NCBI RefSeq assembly: GCF_006345805.1
Contig: NC_042997.1
Span: forward strand, 73,284,001-73,348,000
Source: Octopus sinensis
Taxonomy: Eukaryota
Direction: 5' to 3'
DNA: 64,000 nucleotides
The notes below the pieces were generated by a model that was given only the letters and a program-made list of their open reading frames with translations, was not told the DNA's origin and made no database searches. Made by a program: the position numbers and the translations under genes. Below, in pieces: positions 24,915 through 38,480 of the stretch (the first letter of the stretch is position 1; every line of letters begins with the position of its first letter).

Positions 24915-25620
24915 TTCGTGCGAGTTCTTGGTATTTTTTGTCTGTTGAATTGGTTTTGTGAAATTTTAATTGTTGTGTGCTGCTTTGCAATTGTTCGTGC
25001 TTTCTCTCATTGAGAGTTGGCAATGGCTAACAAAAGAAATTTGTTTTACTCAGACCTTGGCGGGTCTGAGTTGTCAACATCTGAGGATGAACTATTAAGG
25101 GTTATTGATGATATGGGCGAGGAATTGGAAGGAAGAAAGAGGGCGTTCGCGGACGTCGCCCGAGAATCGGATGACAATGTTGAAATATAATTGCACAAAT
25201 TCAAGAAATTATTAAGTCGGGACGGTTACAATGCGCAAGTAACCCCACCCAGCATGAAACAACAAAAATAATACAAACAAGAACGGTGATGTACAAGACC
25301 TACTCGGTTAAGAAAGATAAAATTGACCACATGGCAACAGAGCAAATAGAGAAAGTGCTGAGGCCAGTCTGGCAAGAAATAACATACCTTGGCAGAGGGG
25401 CTAAATTTGGAGAAGTCGAAATCAGATATAAAAACGAAAATACGGCGAAAAACTATGCGGCAACCCCTCTAAGGAATGAAGAGCTAGTACTTCTACCCGC
25501 GTAAATGGGACAGAGAGCGTCTCGGGTAATTGTAGAAGGAATTCAACAGGAGATAGATGTGGCCGGGATAGCGGCGGTTGTCTTGGTTGAAACCGATGAC
25601 AAAATAGCGGTGCAGGTTCG
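24915..25620 (+). mobile_element. 5' end and decayed ORF1 of another Tx1-like element
   Basis: T-rich leader, then MANKRNLFYSDL...GRGAKFGEVEIRYKNE...RVIVEGI (RRM-like gag ORF1); truncated at (CA)n. Confidence 0.5.
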
Positions 25621-25621
25621 T

Positions 25622-25653
<32 letters not shown>

Positions 25654-26559
25654 TTCACACGCGCACACACTCCTGTGCGCGCGGACTGATATCGTGTGAA
25701 TTTGTATTAACTTTTTTTATTCTTTTACAGGTTGCAGTGTGAGTGGTTCTACCAAGTATTAGTAAATAGCTGTGTTATATTAGCAATTTAACAAGCAGAA
25801 AACCGGTAATATGCAAGATACTATTCGTTTTTCTACACCTGAAGGTGACTTTGCCCAAGGTACAGCTAATTTTTTGTAGTATTGTCTTGGTATTAGAAAC
25901 CACGTACAACGGTGTACATTGATTTAGGCATATATGCATATACAAAGAAATAATTGGATGGAAGCTTATATTTGCAGTTTCTGAATCTCTTTGTGTGCCG
26001 ATAGGTTTGTAAAAAAGCTTTATTCAATTTCCACTGTTTAAAAAATCGTTTTTCATCCTGAATATTTAACCACGTAGAACAATCTCATTGTATCATAAAT
26101 ACGCACATGTATTGAAGAAGAAATAAACGCATTGCTTTTGAATAGATGTATTATATCGCACTGTTGGAAAAATATATTCCTAATGACAATGTGTGTTCAA
26201 AAGAATATTAATATCAACAACTCTCTCACTGTCATTTACTCTCTACATGCACATACATATACTTATATATGTACATACATGTACATGTATACTAATATAT
26301 ATATAGATATACGGATACATACAGCATCCCATCAATCAGAAGTGAAAAATAAATTATTACATATATCCACATTCTCTTTATGCTACGATATCAGTGTGGC
26401 CTTTCTTGACGGACAGTTTCGCGGCTTATTGACCGCGTCTCCAAGAAGATCTGTCCGAATTGCTACCGCAATCAATAACATAGATCAGCTACTGCGTAAT
26501 ACAGTCATGATCTCATAATTTAGGCCACCATTGTAAAAATATATTCATACATACATACA

Positions 26560-26609
<50 letters not shown>

Positions 26610-26614
<5 letters not shown>

Positions 26615-26781
26615 GACTGCGGCCATGCTGGAGCACCGCCTTTGGGCGAAAAAATCGACAAAAGAGACCGATAGAATAAGTGCTAGGCTTCCAAAGAGTA
26701 AGTCCTAGATGACACTTGCCCAAAGTGCTACGCAGTGAGACTGAACCTGAATCCATGTAGTTGGTAAGCAAGCAACTTACC
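26610..26781 (-). mobile_element. SINE split by an insertion (5' end resumes at about 28710-28745)
   Basis: Head ends ...GGTAAGCAAGCAACTTACC; the remainder CACACAGCCATTCCTGCGCC lies about 1.9 kb away. Confidence 0.75.
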
Positions 26782-28709
26782 AACGCTTGGCATGCGTTGC
26801 TCAGTGTTTACTTTGCACTGCTAGGAGTCACGTCGCTGTACACCAACGTCGTGAATTGTTGAACAAGTTTAGCACAACTACCAGGCAAGACATTTGTTAT
26901 TTTGGTATTCAGTGGGGGCTTGTTGCTCGTGTTTATATATTTTTGTCGAACAATAAATCTCCACTGAGTTCCACACATTTATCTGCCTGTAGTTGGGTTT
27001 AAAGTCTCAGGGCCGAGAAGTATGTTTGGGGGGGCGTATCCCTCCGCCTATAATTGTGCTTATTTTTTACTATTTTTTGTGTGACTGTTTTGTGTCCTTA
27101 CCAAGAGGATTACCGAGTTGGCCGTGAGTACCAGGACAGCCAGAATAATTTGCTGTGTTTTGGAACTGCTTCTTGTCTTCATCCTTCCTTCCTACATTTT
27201 TTTTTAACTCTGTGAAATTTTGTTTTTGTGAACGTTTTCCCCCCAAAATGGCAAAAAAGACAAACAACACTACGTTGGAGTGGGAGATTGTCCCACCCAA
27301 ACAGTGGATGAAAGACTTTGAAGAGAGGACGGTGGTACTCTAAGTCGCTCAACACCATCGCCCTCTTTCAAAGGACTCAAATTAAAAAAGAGTTGCCAGA
27401 GTATTTGCCAACTATTAAATTCATCTCCAGGTGGTTGCTATTTGACACCCCTGAGGAAGCTCGAAAATTTGCAAGCCAGCCCTTAGAGGGCAAAGAGATT
27501 TTTTTTCTTCCCACGTATGGTGGGAAGAAGTTGACAAGAGCTTGGGTCTTTGGGTGCCACCCGGGATAGAAACCGAGTGGGTAGAGGACACTATCCGCCG
27601 GGGGCTGGGTGGCAGCGGATCCAAGCTGGTTAATGTTAAAATTTTGCCGGCAACTGATTGGGTTGGGTCAAAAGCTGTTTTGACCCTGTGGACCCAATCA
27701 GCAAAGAATTTGGTTTTTCCAGAATTCTTTTGAAAATGGTCAGTTGCAGGTACCCGGTGATCCTTGAGGGACGCCCCCACCAAGTGTCACCTGTACCTGG
27801 AACCTGGCCACATCAAAAAGAACTGTTCCCAAGACCAGAGTATGGTCCTAGAATAGTTGGTTGTGGAAGAGCCGCCGCTCCTCCTCCGGAGGGAGAGATG
27901 GAGATAGTCGAGGAGGTAGAGACCTCCCCGGAAAAAAGGGGAAAAGGAAGAAGGTGGGCAATAATGATTGCTCACCGAAGGACCCTAAAGCTGCGGGAGG
28001 GAAGGGTGATCCTCCAGTTAAAGCGAAGGAACCACCCACTCCCGTATCAAAGAGAAAAAAAAGAAAATGAATAGGACAGTGTCGGCGGATTGCAGTACAC
28101 TGCCTGCATGTCCCGAAACCTCGTCGGTGGGAATTGTGCCACCGACGGATGAAACAGTGACCCCTTCCAGTGTAATAAATTAGGAATTTGTTATCTCTTT
28201 TCTTAAGGGAGGGGCTGTAGAGAACTTTGAGAGGAATTTTGAAGGTCGGGAATAGGCGGTCCTAACCTGCATTGATAACTTGGATTGGCCACTGCTGGTG
28301 GATGCGGAGGTCATAGAGGAAAATTATTTCCATAGGGTGATGGATTCCTTTACTAAGGAAGAATATAATTATCACTTTTGGGACCCAGGCTTGCAACTTC
28401 AGGATTGCCTGAAGGGGAGGCAGAGTAAGAGGTCTTAGCGCCCCGATTAGAACTTGAAGATTGGTAAGAGGCTTAGCGCCTAAAGTTGAATATTTTCTGA
28501 ACTTTTTTGATTGATAAGAGGCTCAACGACTCAATTTGTAATCATTGTAAGAGGTTAAACACCTCATTTGTGTTTTTTTTAAAGAACAATGTTATCGGGA
28601 AGTAATAATCGGCGGGCGTTGGCTGCTTCCCCGACCAACCATCTCTTTTTCATTCCATCATCATCAAGCTTCATCTGTATTATGCCCTTATGGCAAATGT
28701 AATGAAATA
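26782..28709 (+). mobile_element. ORF1-only Tx1-derived element (decayed)
   Basis: ORF from ATG 27248, LEWEIVPPKQW...FASQPLEGKEIFF...VILEGRPHQCH-CT..GHIKKNC knuckle; no APE or RT; homologous to 38481-40521. Confidence 0.75.
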
Positions 28710-28755
28710 AAGCAAGCTACCAAGCACACAGCCATTCCTGCGCCAAATATATATG

Positions 28756-28841
<86 letters not shown>

Positions 28842-28904
28842 GCGATGAACGGCAATGGGAAACTCAGAGTAACAGGTTTTGTTGAATTTTCTGCTGCTTT
28901 AAAG

Positions 28905-28935
<31 letters not shown>

Positions 28936-29319
28936 GTCAACCAAGTGTGGCGTCCTATACGGGACTGGCTAACGACACAGTCTGTCTCCGAGTAGTATTT
29001 GCGAGTGGGGTGAGTTTTCACCAGTAGCTGGTGATTAACAGAGAATACTCAGAATACACTGAATTCATGGAACCTGAATGCCAATGCATTGCATCCATGT
29101 GACCTTTATTTGAACACTTTCAATTCCTGGAATGTGAATTCAAATATACTGAATTAAGGGGACTTGAATTCAAATTCTCTAAATTTTGTGGGAATGTTAA
29201 TTCAAATGTGTGGGGAAAATAAGGTGTTTAAAGATGTTCCAGTTTTTTCTGTGTCGCTCAAACTAGGTTTTGAGCAAATCTGCAACTTGGTTTTTTGAAT
29301 TTTCAATCTGTAACATCAA

Positions 29320-29697
29320 GTTACTCTTTACTTGTGTCAGTTATTTAACTGTGGCCATGCTGGAGCACCGCCTTTATTCGAGCAACTCGACCTCAGAACT
29401 TATTCTTTGTAAGCCTAGTACTTATTCTATCGGTCTCTTTTGCCGAACCGCTAAGTTACGGAAACGTAAACACATCAGCATCGGATGTCAAGCGATGTTG
29501 AGGGAACAAACACGGACACACAAACATATACATATATACATATATACAACGGACTTCTTTCAATTCCCGTCTACCAAATCCACTCACAAGGCTTTGGTCG
29601 GCCAGAGGCTATAGTAGACACCTACCCAAGGTGACACGCAGTGGGACTGAACCCGGAACCATGTGGTTGGTAAGCAAGCTACTTACCACACAGCCAC
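29320..29697 (-). mobile_element. tRNA-derived SINE, near full length
   Basis: Reverse complement of the family at 1057-1440. Confidence 0.85.
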
Positions 29698-29827
29698 TTT
29701 CAGTTTTTTCTCTTGTTTTGATTCAATAAATAAATAAATACAGATATGCCATATAAATAGGCTAATGTTGAATACCTGACGCCTCTCAATAAGTAAAATA
29801 TAAAAGGTAACATATAAAAGGTATTAT

Positions 29828-30015
29828 GGAGTTGGCGGCGAGCTGGCAGAAACGTTAGCACGCCGGGCGAAATGCTTAGCGGTATTTCGTCTGCGTTACG
29901 TTGAGTTCAAATTCCGCCGAGGTCGATTTTGCCTTTCATCCTTTCGGGGTCGATAAATTAAGTACCAGTTACGCACTGGGGTCGATGTAATCGACTTAAT
30001 ACCTATGTCTGTCCT
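29828..30015 (+). mobile_element. Second SINE family (GGCGGCGAGCTGGCAGAA head); decayed copy at about 42770-42980
   Basis: B-box-like GAGTTCAAATTCC; TTTGCCTTTCATCC...GGGGTCGAT core. Confidence 0.7.
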
Positions 30016-30856
30016 TAACAGTGGAACAGATGTAAACACAAATACATATATTGATGACACATAGCGTATTATATATATACTACACTACGCATGACTTCTT
30101 TTGTCACCTGGAAAATCTGAGTTTCCCAGCAACAGAGTTTTGTTTCATGGGTATTTTTTCTTTTCCAGGTTATTTCGCATGCTTTCAACAAATGCGATAT
30201 CGAAATCACGCGTAAATGGCTCTTTTCCCCGGAAAAAGAAAGATCTGGCTGCTATTTCTTGAAAACCCTGCTACCACGTAAACGGTATTTCACATCTTTT
30301 ATTGCAAATAGCTGTTACGTGGTAGCAGGGTGTGCTAGAAATAGCAGCCAAATAATTGAGCCGAGATACGTTGAATGCACTTGAAAAAGTTTTTGTAATG
30401 GTATTCTCTTGGGGCGAACTTTCGCTTTAACTCTCAGAACTATCACTTTGTCTATCAGAACTGTCATCCGGATCAGCTGGTTTTGTTTGTTAATTGCCGG
30501 GAAAATTTTTTATTTATATACTTTTGTTTTAAAGTGAAAGAGAGGTGAAAATGAAAGATGCATGAACTTGTAAATGAAATGGACGTGTGTGTGCATGTGT
30601 GTGTGAGAGAGAGTGCCACTTACACATGCATGAGAACACACATATTCATTCACTCACGTTCTCTCTCTCTCTCTTTCACACACACACACATACACACAAA
30701 GGCACACGTACATACAAAAAAGATGTATGTATGTATATATGACAACTCACCCCTTCACTCACTCTCTCTTTTTCTCTCTCTCTTTCTCCCTCTTTCTCTT
30801 CCTCTTTCTGTCTTCCTCTCTCTCTCTCTCTTCCTCTTTCTCACTTCCTCATTCAT

Positions 30857-30887
<31 letters not shown>

Positions 30888-31299
30888 TTCACACAGACAT
30901 GTCTATTTCATATATACGTACATATATCTTTCAATTTAAAACAAAAGTTATACGATAAAAGTTGTTTATGGAAATTATCGACTTGAAAATAATTTTAAAA
31001 AACATAAAAATATAGTCTGTTTAAAGAGCTAAAATATAAATACTTACTGTACAAAATATAAATACTTACTGTACAAACAAGTTGCATTTCTGAAAATACA
31101 TTCAGTTTAAAATATTTGTAAACGATTAAAATATTTTGTTAAAAAGTCGAGGTTTTTTTTCTTAGAGAACGTGAAGACTGTGTGTGTATATGTCACAGAT
31201 AGCAGATGTGTGTTTGTGTTGATTATTAGTTTTATGATTAATTTTATTGATTATTAATTTTATGTCTGTTCTTAAAATAAGTCTCATAGTTCGCAATTC

Positions 31300-33110
31300 A
31301 ACGTTTAAACTGTGTTTCGATTGAACCTATATAATGGTGTTCTTTTCCCTTCAAATTCAACCATGCACCTATATACTAGATTATTTTTTTACAGTTATTA
31401 TTAAGTTTACAACTTCCTTAATCATACAATCACAATTTTATTTACATCACTATTTCTATAACTCTTACGTTTACAATTTCTATTATTTTAATTTTTATTA
31501 TTCATACTACTTAGGTTAGAAAAGGAGTCAATATGGGTTGTTTCCTTCCTATTATTAGAAAATACATTAACATCCTTATTACTTAAATTTTGATTGTTAT
31601 AAAAAACTATCTAATCTTTTATTTTTTATTGAGAATATAATTCTAAAAAGGTTCTTCTATAAGCAATAACTAACCGTTATATTTTTGAATTCATTATTTC
31701 GTTATACTTATTATCTTTATTCAAATGTTTATGAATTAATCCATAAAAGGATTTTATAATGTTGCTTTTGATTTGATTTGCAAAGGGGATAATTAACCAC
31801 AAAGCATTGGTTTTATTTAGACAACTATAATCTATATTAGATTTATCAGAATTTAAGTAAGTAGCATATCGTTTTTATTTCTATTTATATATTTACGATT
31901 ATAGATATTATCATACATGTTATTAATCTAGTTAATTTCCGTTTTACTAGATTTTTACTTACGTATTTATTATTAATATATTTAGTATTAGGTTCTGTAA
32001 GATTGTAATCAAATTTAGTATTTATTTCTACAGTCTTATGATTATTATTCATATTTTCTTAGTGGAGGCGCAATGGCCCAGTGGTTAGGGCAGCGAACTC
32101 GCGGTCATAGGATCGCGGTTTCGATTCCCAGACCAGGCGTTGTGGGTGTTTATTGAGCGAAAACACCTAAAAGCTCCACGAGGCTCTGGCAGGGGATGGT
32201 GGTGATCCCTGCTGTACTCTTTCACCACAACTTACTCTTTATCCTGTTTCTGTTGTACCTGTATTTCAAGGAGCCGGCCTTGTCACTCTCTGTGTCACGC
32301 TGAATATCCCCGAGAACTACGTTAAGGGTGCAGTGCTCAGCCACTTACACGTTAATTCCACGAGCAGGCTGTTCCGTTGATTCGGATCAGCCGGAACCCT
32401 CATCGTCGTAACCGACGGAGTGCTTCCATCCATTCGTATTTTTAAAATTTTGATTATTATAGGGTTTATATAATCATTTTCTATTTTCGTATCCATATTA
32501 TCATTGTTTATCTCATTATCATCTGTAGTTTCGGCCAATTCCTCATACATTATATTAGGTTTACTATTTATTTTATCCTCTCCATTGGGTTCATAATATT
32601 TTATCTTATGCTTATATCCTGCTTTTTCAAGTACTTTATTATAGTAATTAGCATTTTTATAGATCCCTTCATTATACGAAAGGTAAGTGAGTCTCTTTTC
32701 TATACTTTTAATTAATGTGTTTGTTATTGATTTTGCATGATTACCTAGTTTATTAATATATCTTAAATTCATATTGGACTTATGATACAGCTAATATCTA
32801 CCAGCTGCAAGATTAAAGTTAACATCTAAAAAATCGACCAAGTTATTTTCTTATTCAATAGAATTTGATAAACCACAATTTTTAAAGAATTTATAAAAGA
32901 TTTTCTTATATAGCTGCAATTAGAAACAGCGCATCATTCCTATATAATCCGCCCGTAATTTCAGGGAAGTCATTATTTAAGTTATATAGAATGTATATAC
33001 CTACTGGATCCGTTACTTGAGTGGAATCAGCATATTCCATAGTTATCTCAAAGGAATTATAGGAATCTTTTCTAACCCAATATTTATTATGAAACTTAAT
33101 CACTGAATTC
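31300..33110 (-). mobile_element. Naiad-type PLE RT remnant interrupted by a SINE
   Basis: FEITM...VGIYIL...GGLYRNDAL (RT core), YINKLGNHAKSI...IEKRLTYLS...AGY (thumb), LWLIIPFANQIK homologous to 8406-9218. Confidence 0.75.
32062..32432 (+). mobile_element. Third tRNA-derived SINE family
   Basis: A box TGGCCCAGTGG, B box GGTTTCGATTCCC; inserted into the Naiad remnant. Confidence 0.8.
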
Positions 33111-33471
33111 AGGTTTCATGAATTCAGTGTATTCTGAGTATTCAGATTCCCGTTCAAGGAATTCATTGCAAAAATGCTTCCCTTGTCATCTCAGGAGAAA
33201 CACAAATCAAAGATTAAGTTAGTATCATTAAAACTCCGGTTTAAATACTGATCACTGGGTGCAATGTTAATTAATAAATTAATTTATATCCATTAAATCT
33301 CTCCAGTTTCTTAATAATGATATTTGACATTTCAATAGTATATTTATTGAAGAAATATCTCTTCAAAATATATTTAACCAGTGTAACTGGGATAAGACTA
33401 TCCCTATAAGAGGTTTAAATATCTTCATAGTAACTAATATATATACATATATATGTACGTACACACGCGCA

Positions 33472-33535
<64 letters not shown>

Positions 33536-34038
33536 TATATATGTGTATACTGTATATTTACATATACGCAAACACACACACATCTATATATATGTATATT
33601 CATTGATGATCTGTCCTTTCCGAAAATAGTCAATAAACACAATGTCTCTTGCTTCTCAAAAGACTGAGGCCATTACCTTCCCTGCACATTAAAAAAGATT
33701 GGCCGTCGTTGGGGGTAGATAAGGGGACAGGTTTCCATTGCATTAGTAGTCTCTGTGTCTATGGCTCAAAATGATGGAAACCCAAACCCATCCTGGGTGA
33801 GGAAACGTTGAAGGAAACTATCTGTATCTACCTCAAGCAATGTCAGATTTTCGTGTGATGTATTTTTGATCAGGTTCTTCATACGAGGTCTTTCATGCAT
33901 ATATATAGATATAGATATAGATAGATAGATAGATACATACATACATACATACATACATACATACATACATACATACATACATACATACATACATACATAC
34001 ATACATACATGCATACATACATACATATGTATGTATAT

Positions 34039-34425
34039 GCGCAGGAGTGGCTGTGTGGTAAGTAGCTTGTTTACTAACCACATGGTTCCGGATTCAGTCT
34101 CACTGCGTCGCACCTTGGGCAAGTGTCTTCTACTATAGCCTCGGGCCGACCAAAGCTTGTGTGTGTGGATATGGTAGACGGAAACTGAAAGAAGCCCGTC
34201 GTATATATGTATGTATATATATGTATGTGTATGTGTGTGTGTTTGCGTGTCTGTGTTTGTCCCTCTAGCATTGCTTGACAACCGGTTCGGCAAAAGAGAC
34301 CGATAGAATAAGTACTGGGCTTACAAAGAATAAGTCCCGGGGTCGAGTTGCTCGATTAAAGGCGGGGCTCCAGCATGGTCGCAGTCAAATGACTGAAACA
34401 AGTAAAAGAGTAAAAAGAGAGTAAA
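34039..34425 (+). mobile_element. tRNA-derived SINE
   Basis: Family at 1057-1440. Confidence 0.85.
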
Positions 34426-34512
34426 GAGATATGTTCGCTTTACGTGGATGTATAAAATGATAACTATATTCTGATTGCCTGGTTTATATGCTTATACGCA
34501 TGTAATTTTGCA

Positions 34513-34590
<78 letters not shown>

Positions 34591-34840
34591 GTATGAATAT
34601 ATATATATTGAATCTTGTATCGTGAATTTTTGATATGTTAGTAGACATTATTATAGTATGTAAGATCTATTGAAGATTATTGTTAATACAATAATATTGT
34701 TGTTACTGATAAGCATAGAAGTGTATATATGTTCTAATGTATTTATATATGTATATGACGTATGGTATATCCACTGTAATATATTGTTTGTGTTTATTAA
34801 TGTATTTTACGCATGAGAATAGTATATACGCTTTGCTTAC

Positions 34841-34884
<44 letters not shown>

Positions 34885-35330
34885 ATTTGGATATTTGTTT
34901 AATTTTTTTATATATTAAGTAATACGTGTATCTTGTTTAGTATATTAATATTGTTATTAATATTTTTTAAAAGTTAATTATAAACTCTGACCACGCCTAT
35001 GGTTTTTTTTAAATATATAAGTATTATATCTTTTAAATGCCTACAACATTAGTATGTTGACATCTATAGGCAATGAAAATTAGATTTACTTTTCACCATA
35101 GGCTGAAACAACTGTAAGAAGTAATTTTTAGGATTTCATTAATTTATACTATGACTTTTAAAATCTGTATTTGTATTATTATCTTATCTATTGATTTATA
35201 TATTTTTTCATGCTTTTGATGTTCTCATTTGTAAAATGAATAAATAATCCAACATTATAATATATGTAAGTTAATGAACAAACCAAATTTGTTTCTCCAT
35301 TTTCTTATTTGTATCACACACACACACACA

Positions 35331-35422
<92 letters not shown>

Positions 35423-35704
35423 ATTATTTATTTATTTATTCCTCCTATTTTGCATATGTGTATTGCAGGGTTATGTCGTATATGGAGCCCCACTTGTAGA
35501 AAATGGAAATAAACAGTCTCTGACTGCTATTTCTAATTCTTTCGGTATGCGGCAAAGCAACCTGTTGCCAGCCCTTCTACTTATATACTATATATACTGA
35601 ACTCCACAGAAGTTCCCGCCGCTAAAGGTCATATTTACATACCGAAATCTACCGGTAAATAATTGTTGGTTCTCTGAAAAACCATCGAAAAAATTATTTA
35701 CCCA

Positions 35705-35763
<59 letters not shown>

Positions 35764-35947
35764 AATGTACTGCTCCGTGATATAAAATTCAACAAAAAAT
35801 GTACTCCATCTGGTGAGAGATGAATATTATTTATTAAAAGGTTACAATACTTGTATAAAAGCGGCATTGAGAACTCAAACATATGCTTCGGGCGTAAACC
35901 ACGTATTATAACATTCAATTTCTTTAGTTCATTATTATATGTGGTTT

Positions 35948-35998
35948 GCGCCTGAAGAATATGTTTGAGTTCTTAGCATATGAAACTATTAGTAGTGC
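35948..35998 (+). ncRNA. Type I hammerhead ribozyme
   Basis: GCGC-CTGAAGA-ATATG...CATAT-GAAA-CTATTAG-TA-GTGC; GUA site. Confidence 0.7.
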
Positions 35999-36154
35999 TT
36001 TAATATATGTCTTGTGACCTTTAAATAATATATATATATACACGAATATGTATGCATGCATGTATGTATGGAGAAACATGCAAAGATGCACACATACATA
36101 CACGTGCACATACACATAATAACGAGGAATACAACAAAATGTGGTAAGCCTTAC

Positions 36155-36247
36155 CTGTCTTGAGAATTTCGAAGCCTTTGGAAAATAGCCAAATTTACAT
36201 TGAGCTTTTCGAATCGCACCTGACCGAGGCAAGCACCAATGAGTGCA
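36155..36247 (-). other. Candidate 93-bp host exon
   Basis: Acceptor TTTTTTGTCTTTCAG, donor CAG/GTAAGG, frame-symmetric open reading ALIGACLGQVRFEKLNVNLAIFQRLRNSQDR; protein not recognised. Confidence 0.3.
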
Positions 36248-36350
36248 CTGAAAGACAAAAAACGGTTTATATAAGGAAAAGTCTTACACTTCTCTTGGTT
36301 TTCAATATCCATTAGCGTACATTTAATTGTCATCATTATGCTTCGAATGG

Positions 36351-36392
<42 letters not shown>

Positions 36393-36894
36393 AATAATAT
36401 CAGGGTAATAAAAATTTTAGAAAGTTTTACTACCAGTGGCCTAGCGTACAAAACATTAGTCAATATACCATATATTATTCATATAAAATACAGTGTACTT
36501 TAAAACACATTAAGAGGCTTCCATCATAGGAATCCATTACGCTAGAAAGAACAGTTACTGCTTGTACATTTATATTTTTTTCAAATCCACTGAACAGTTA
36601 AAGTCCAAACCACTAATTAGGGATAAATAAGTTACATGCTGGATTGACCTCGTTGCTTGCATATTTACATATATTTACATTGCTTGTATATGTAATCTAA
36701 GGCGTCCCCGTTGATGAAGACTTAGCCATGGTAAACAATAATTTTTATTTACTAAAATAAGTCAGAAACCATGGGCCGGGAATTAGATGGTAAATGTTTT
36801 TTATTTTTCATTCCCTTCATTGTTCTTTCTAGCGTAATGGATTCCTATGATGGAAGCCTCTTAATGTGTTTTAGTATACACTGTATATATATAT

Positions 36895-37543
36895 ATGGGT
36901 CCATCACGATGATCCAGAGACCAAAGCCCAGTCAATGCAGTGGAAGCACCATGACTCACCCCCTCCAAAGAAGGCAAGGGTGCAGCCCTCCGCTGGCAAG
37001 GTCATGCTCACAGTCTTCTGGGACCAGGACGGAGTAGTGATGATAGATTTCCTGGCAAAGGGTACCACAATTACAGGAGCCTATTATGCTTCACTTTTGA
37101 GGAAATTAAGAGAAGTTATCAAAATCAAGAGGCGGGGCAAGATCAGCAAAGGCATCCTCCTCCTGCAGGACAACGCTCCGGTCCACAACTCGCTTGTCGC
37201 CATATCAGAAGCACAGGCGTATGGCTATGAACTCCTCCCCCATCCCCCCTATTTTCCTGACCTTGCACCCTCTGATTTTTACCTCTTCCCAGCCATGAAG
37301 TTGTTTTTGAAAGGAAAGCGTTTCCCAGATGATGCAGCCTTGATTTCTGAAGTCACGTTGAGGTTGGAGGACCAAGCTGGGTTCTTCTACAAAAACGGTC
37401 TCCAGAGCTGCATCAAACGATGATAGAAATGCGTAACTCTGGGTGGTTCCTATGTAGAAAAAGACTAATAACTGTGCCAAGTTTCGTTGCTCTACTGCTA
37501 TAGGAAGTGGGTCAGGGGCATTACTTATTGAACGCCCCTCGTA
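36895..37543 (+). mobile_element. mariner (DD34D) transposon 3' half with right TIR
   Basis: SAGKVMLTVFWD...LLQDNAPVH...PHPPYFPDLAPSDFYLF; ends TTATTGAACGCCCCTCGTA. Confidence 0.9.
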
Positions 37544-38067
37544 ATTACTGATTTCATCTCCTATAGAGAATTTCTAACAAGTAAATTTGCTGATTCCAAG
37601 GTCAGTGACTGGTTTGTCACTTCTTTTCTATATATTGCGAGCTAGAGCGAACTACTGCTATGCTCGAGGATGAGCACAAATAATTCGAAACTGTACGGTC
37701 CGGTGGTCCAGGTTACTTCAGTGCATTCAGTTACAACTGGCCCTGTCCAACCTATTGTTACTACATGCGTTGTTATTATCAATATTATCATTACCATTAC
37801 AATTACTATCATCATGATTGTTATTACTGCGATCATCACCATCACCACCGTTGCTGTTGTCATTCTTACTATCATTTCTACCTATATTGTCCTCCACGTT
37901 AGTTTTAACATTAGCATTAATGTTTACTTCATTTCCATTGTTTCCTATGCCTTTATTACTAGTATTTCTCATACCAACTCGACCTCCGTGCACACCATGT
38001 TTACAATCACCCTTCCCACTGTTGGCTCTGGTCCACTCGCTATCACAGTTACTATTTATATAGTATA

Positions 38068-38300
38068 CTTTCTTTTATCTTTTACTTGTTTCAGTCATTT
38101 GACTGCGGCCATGCTGGAGCACCGCCTTTAATCGAGCAACTCGACCCCGGGACTTATTCTTTTGTAAGCCCAGTACTTATTCTATCGGTCTCTTTTGCCG
38201 AACCGCTAAGTAAAGGGGTCATAAACACACCAGCATCGGTTGTCAAGCAATGCTAGGGGGACAAACACAGACACACAAACACACATACATACATCTATAC

Positions 38301-38340
<40 letters not shown>

Positions 38341-38480
38341 GACGGGCTTCTTTCAGTTTTCGTCTACCAAATCCACTCACAAGGCTTTGGTCGGCCCGAG
38401 GCTATAGTAGAAGACACTTGCCCAAGATGCGACGCAGTGGGACTGAACCCGGAACCATGTGGTTGGTAAACAAGCTACTT
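38068..38480 (-). mobile_element. SINE split by an insertion (5' end at 40522-40560)
   Basis: 16-bp duplication GGTAAACAAGCTACTT at 38465-38480 and 40522-40537. Confidence 0.85.

Noticed and set aside
32062-32135. Genuine tRNA gene
   Set aside because: A and B boxes are present but continue into a SINE body; there is no complete cloverleaf or terminator.
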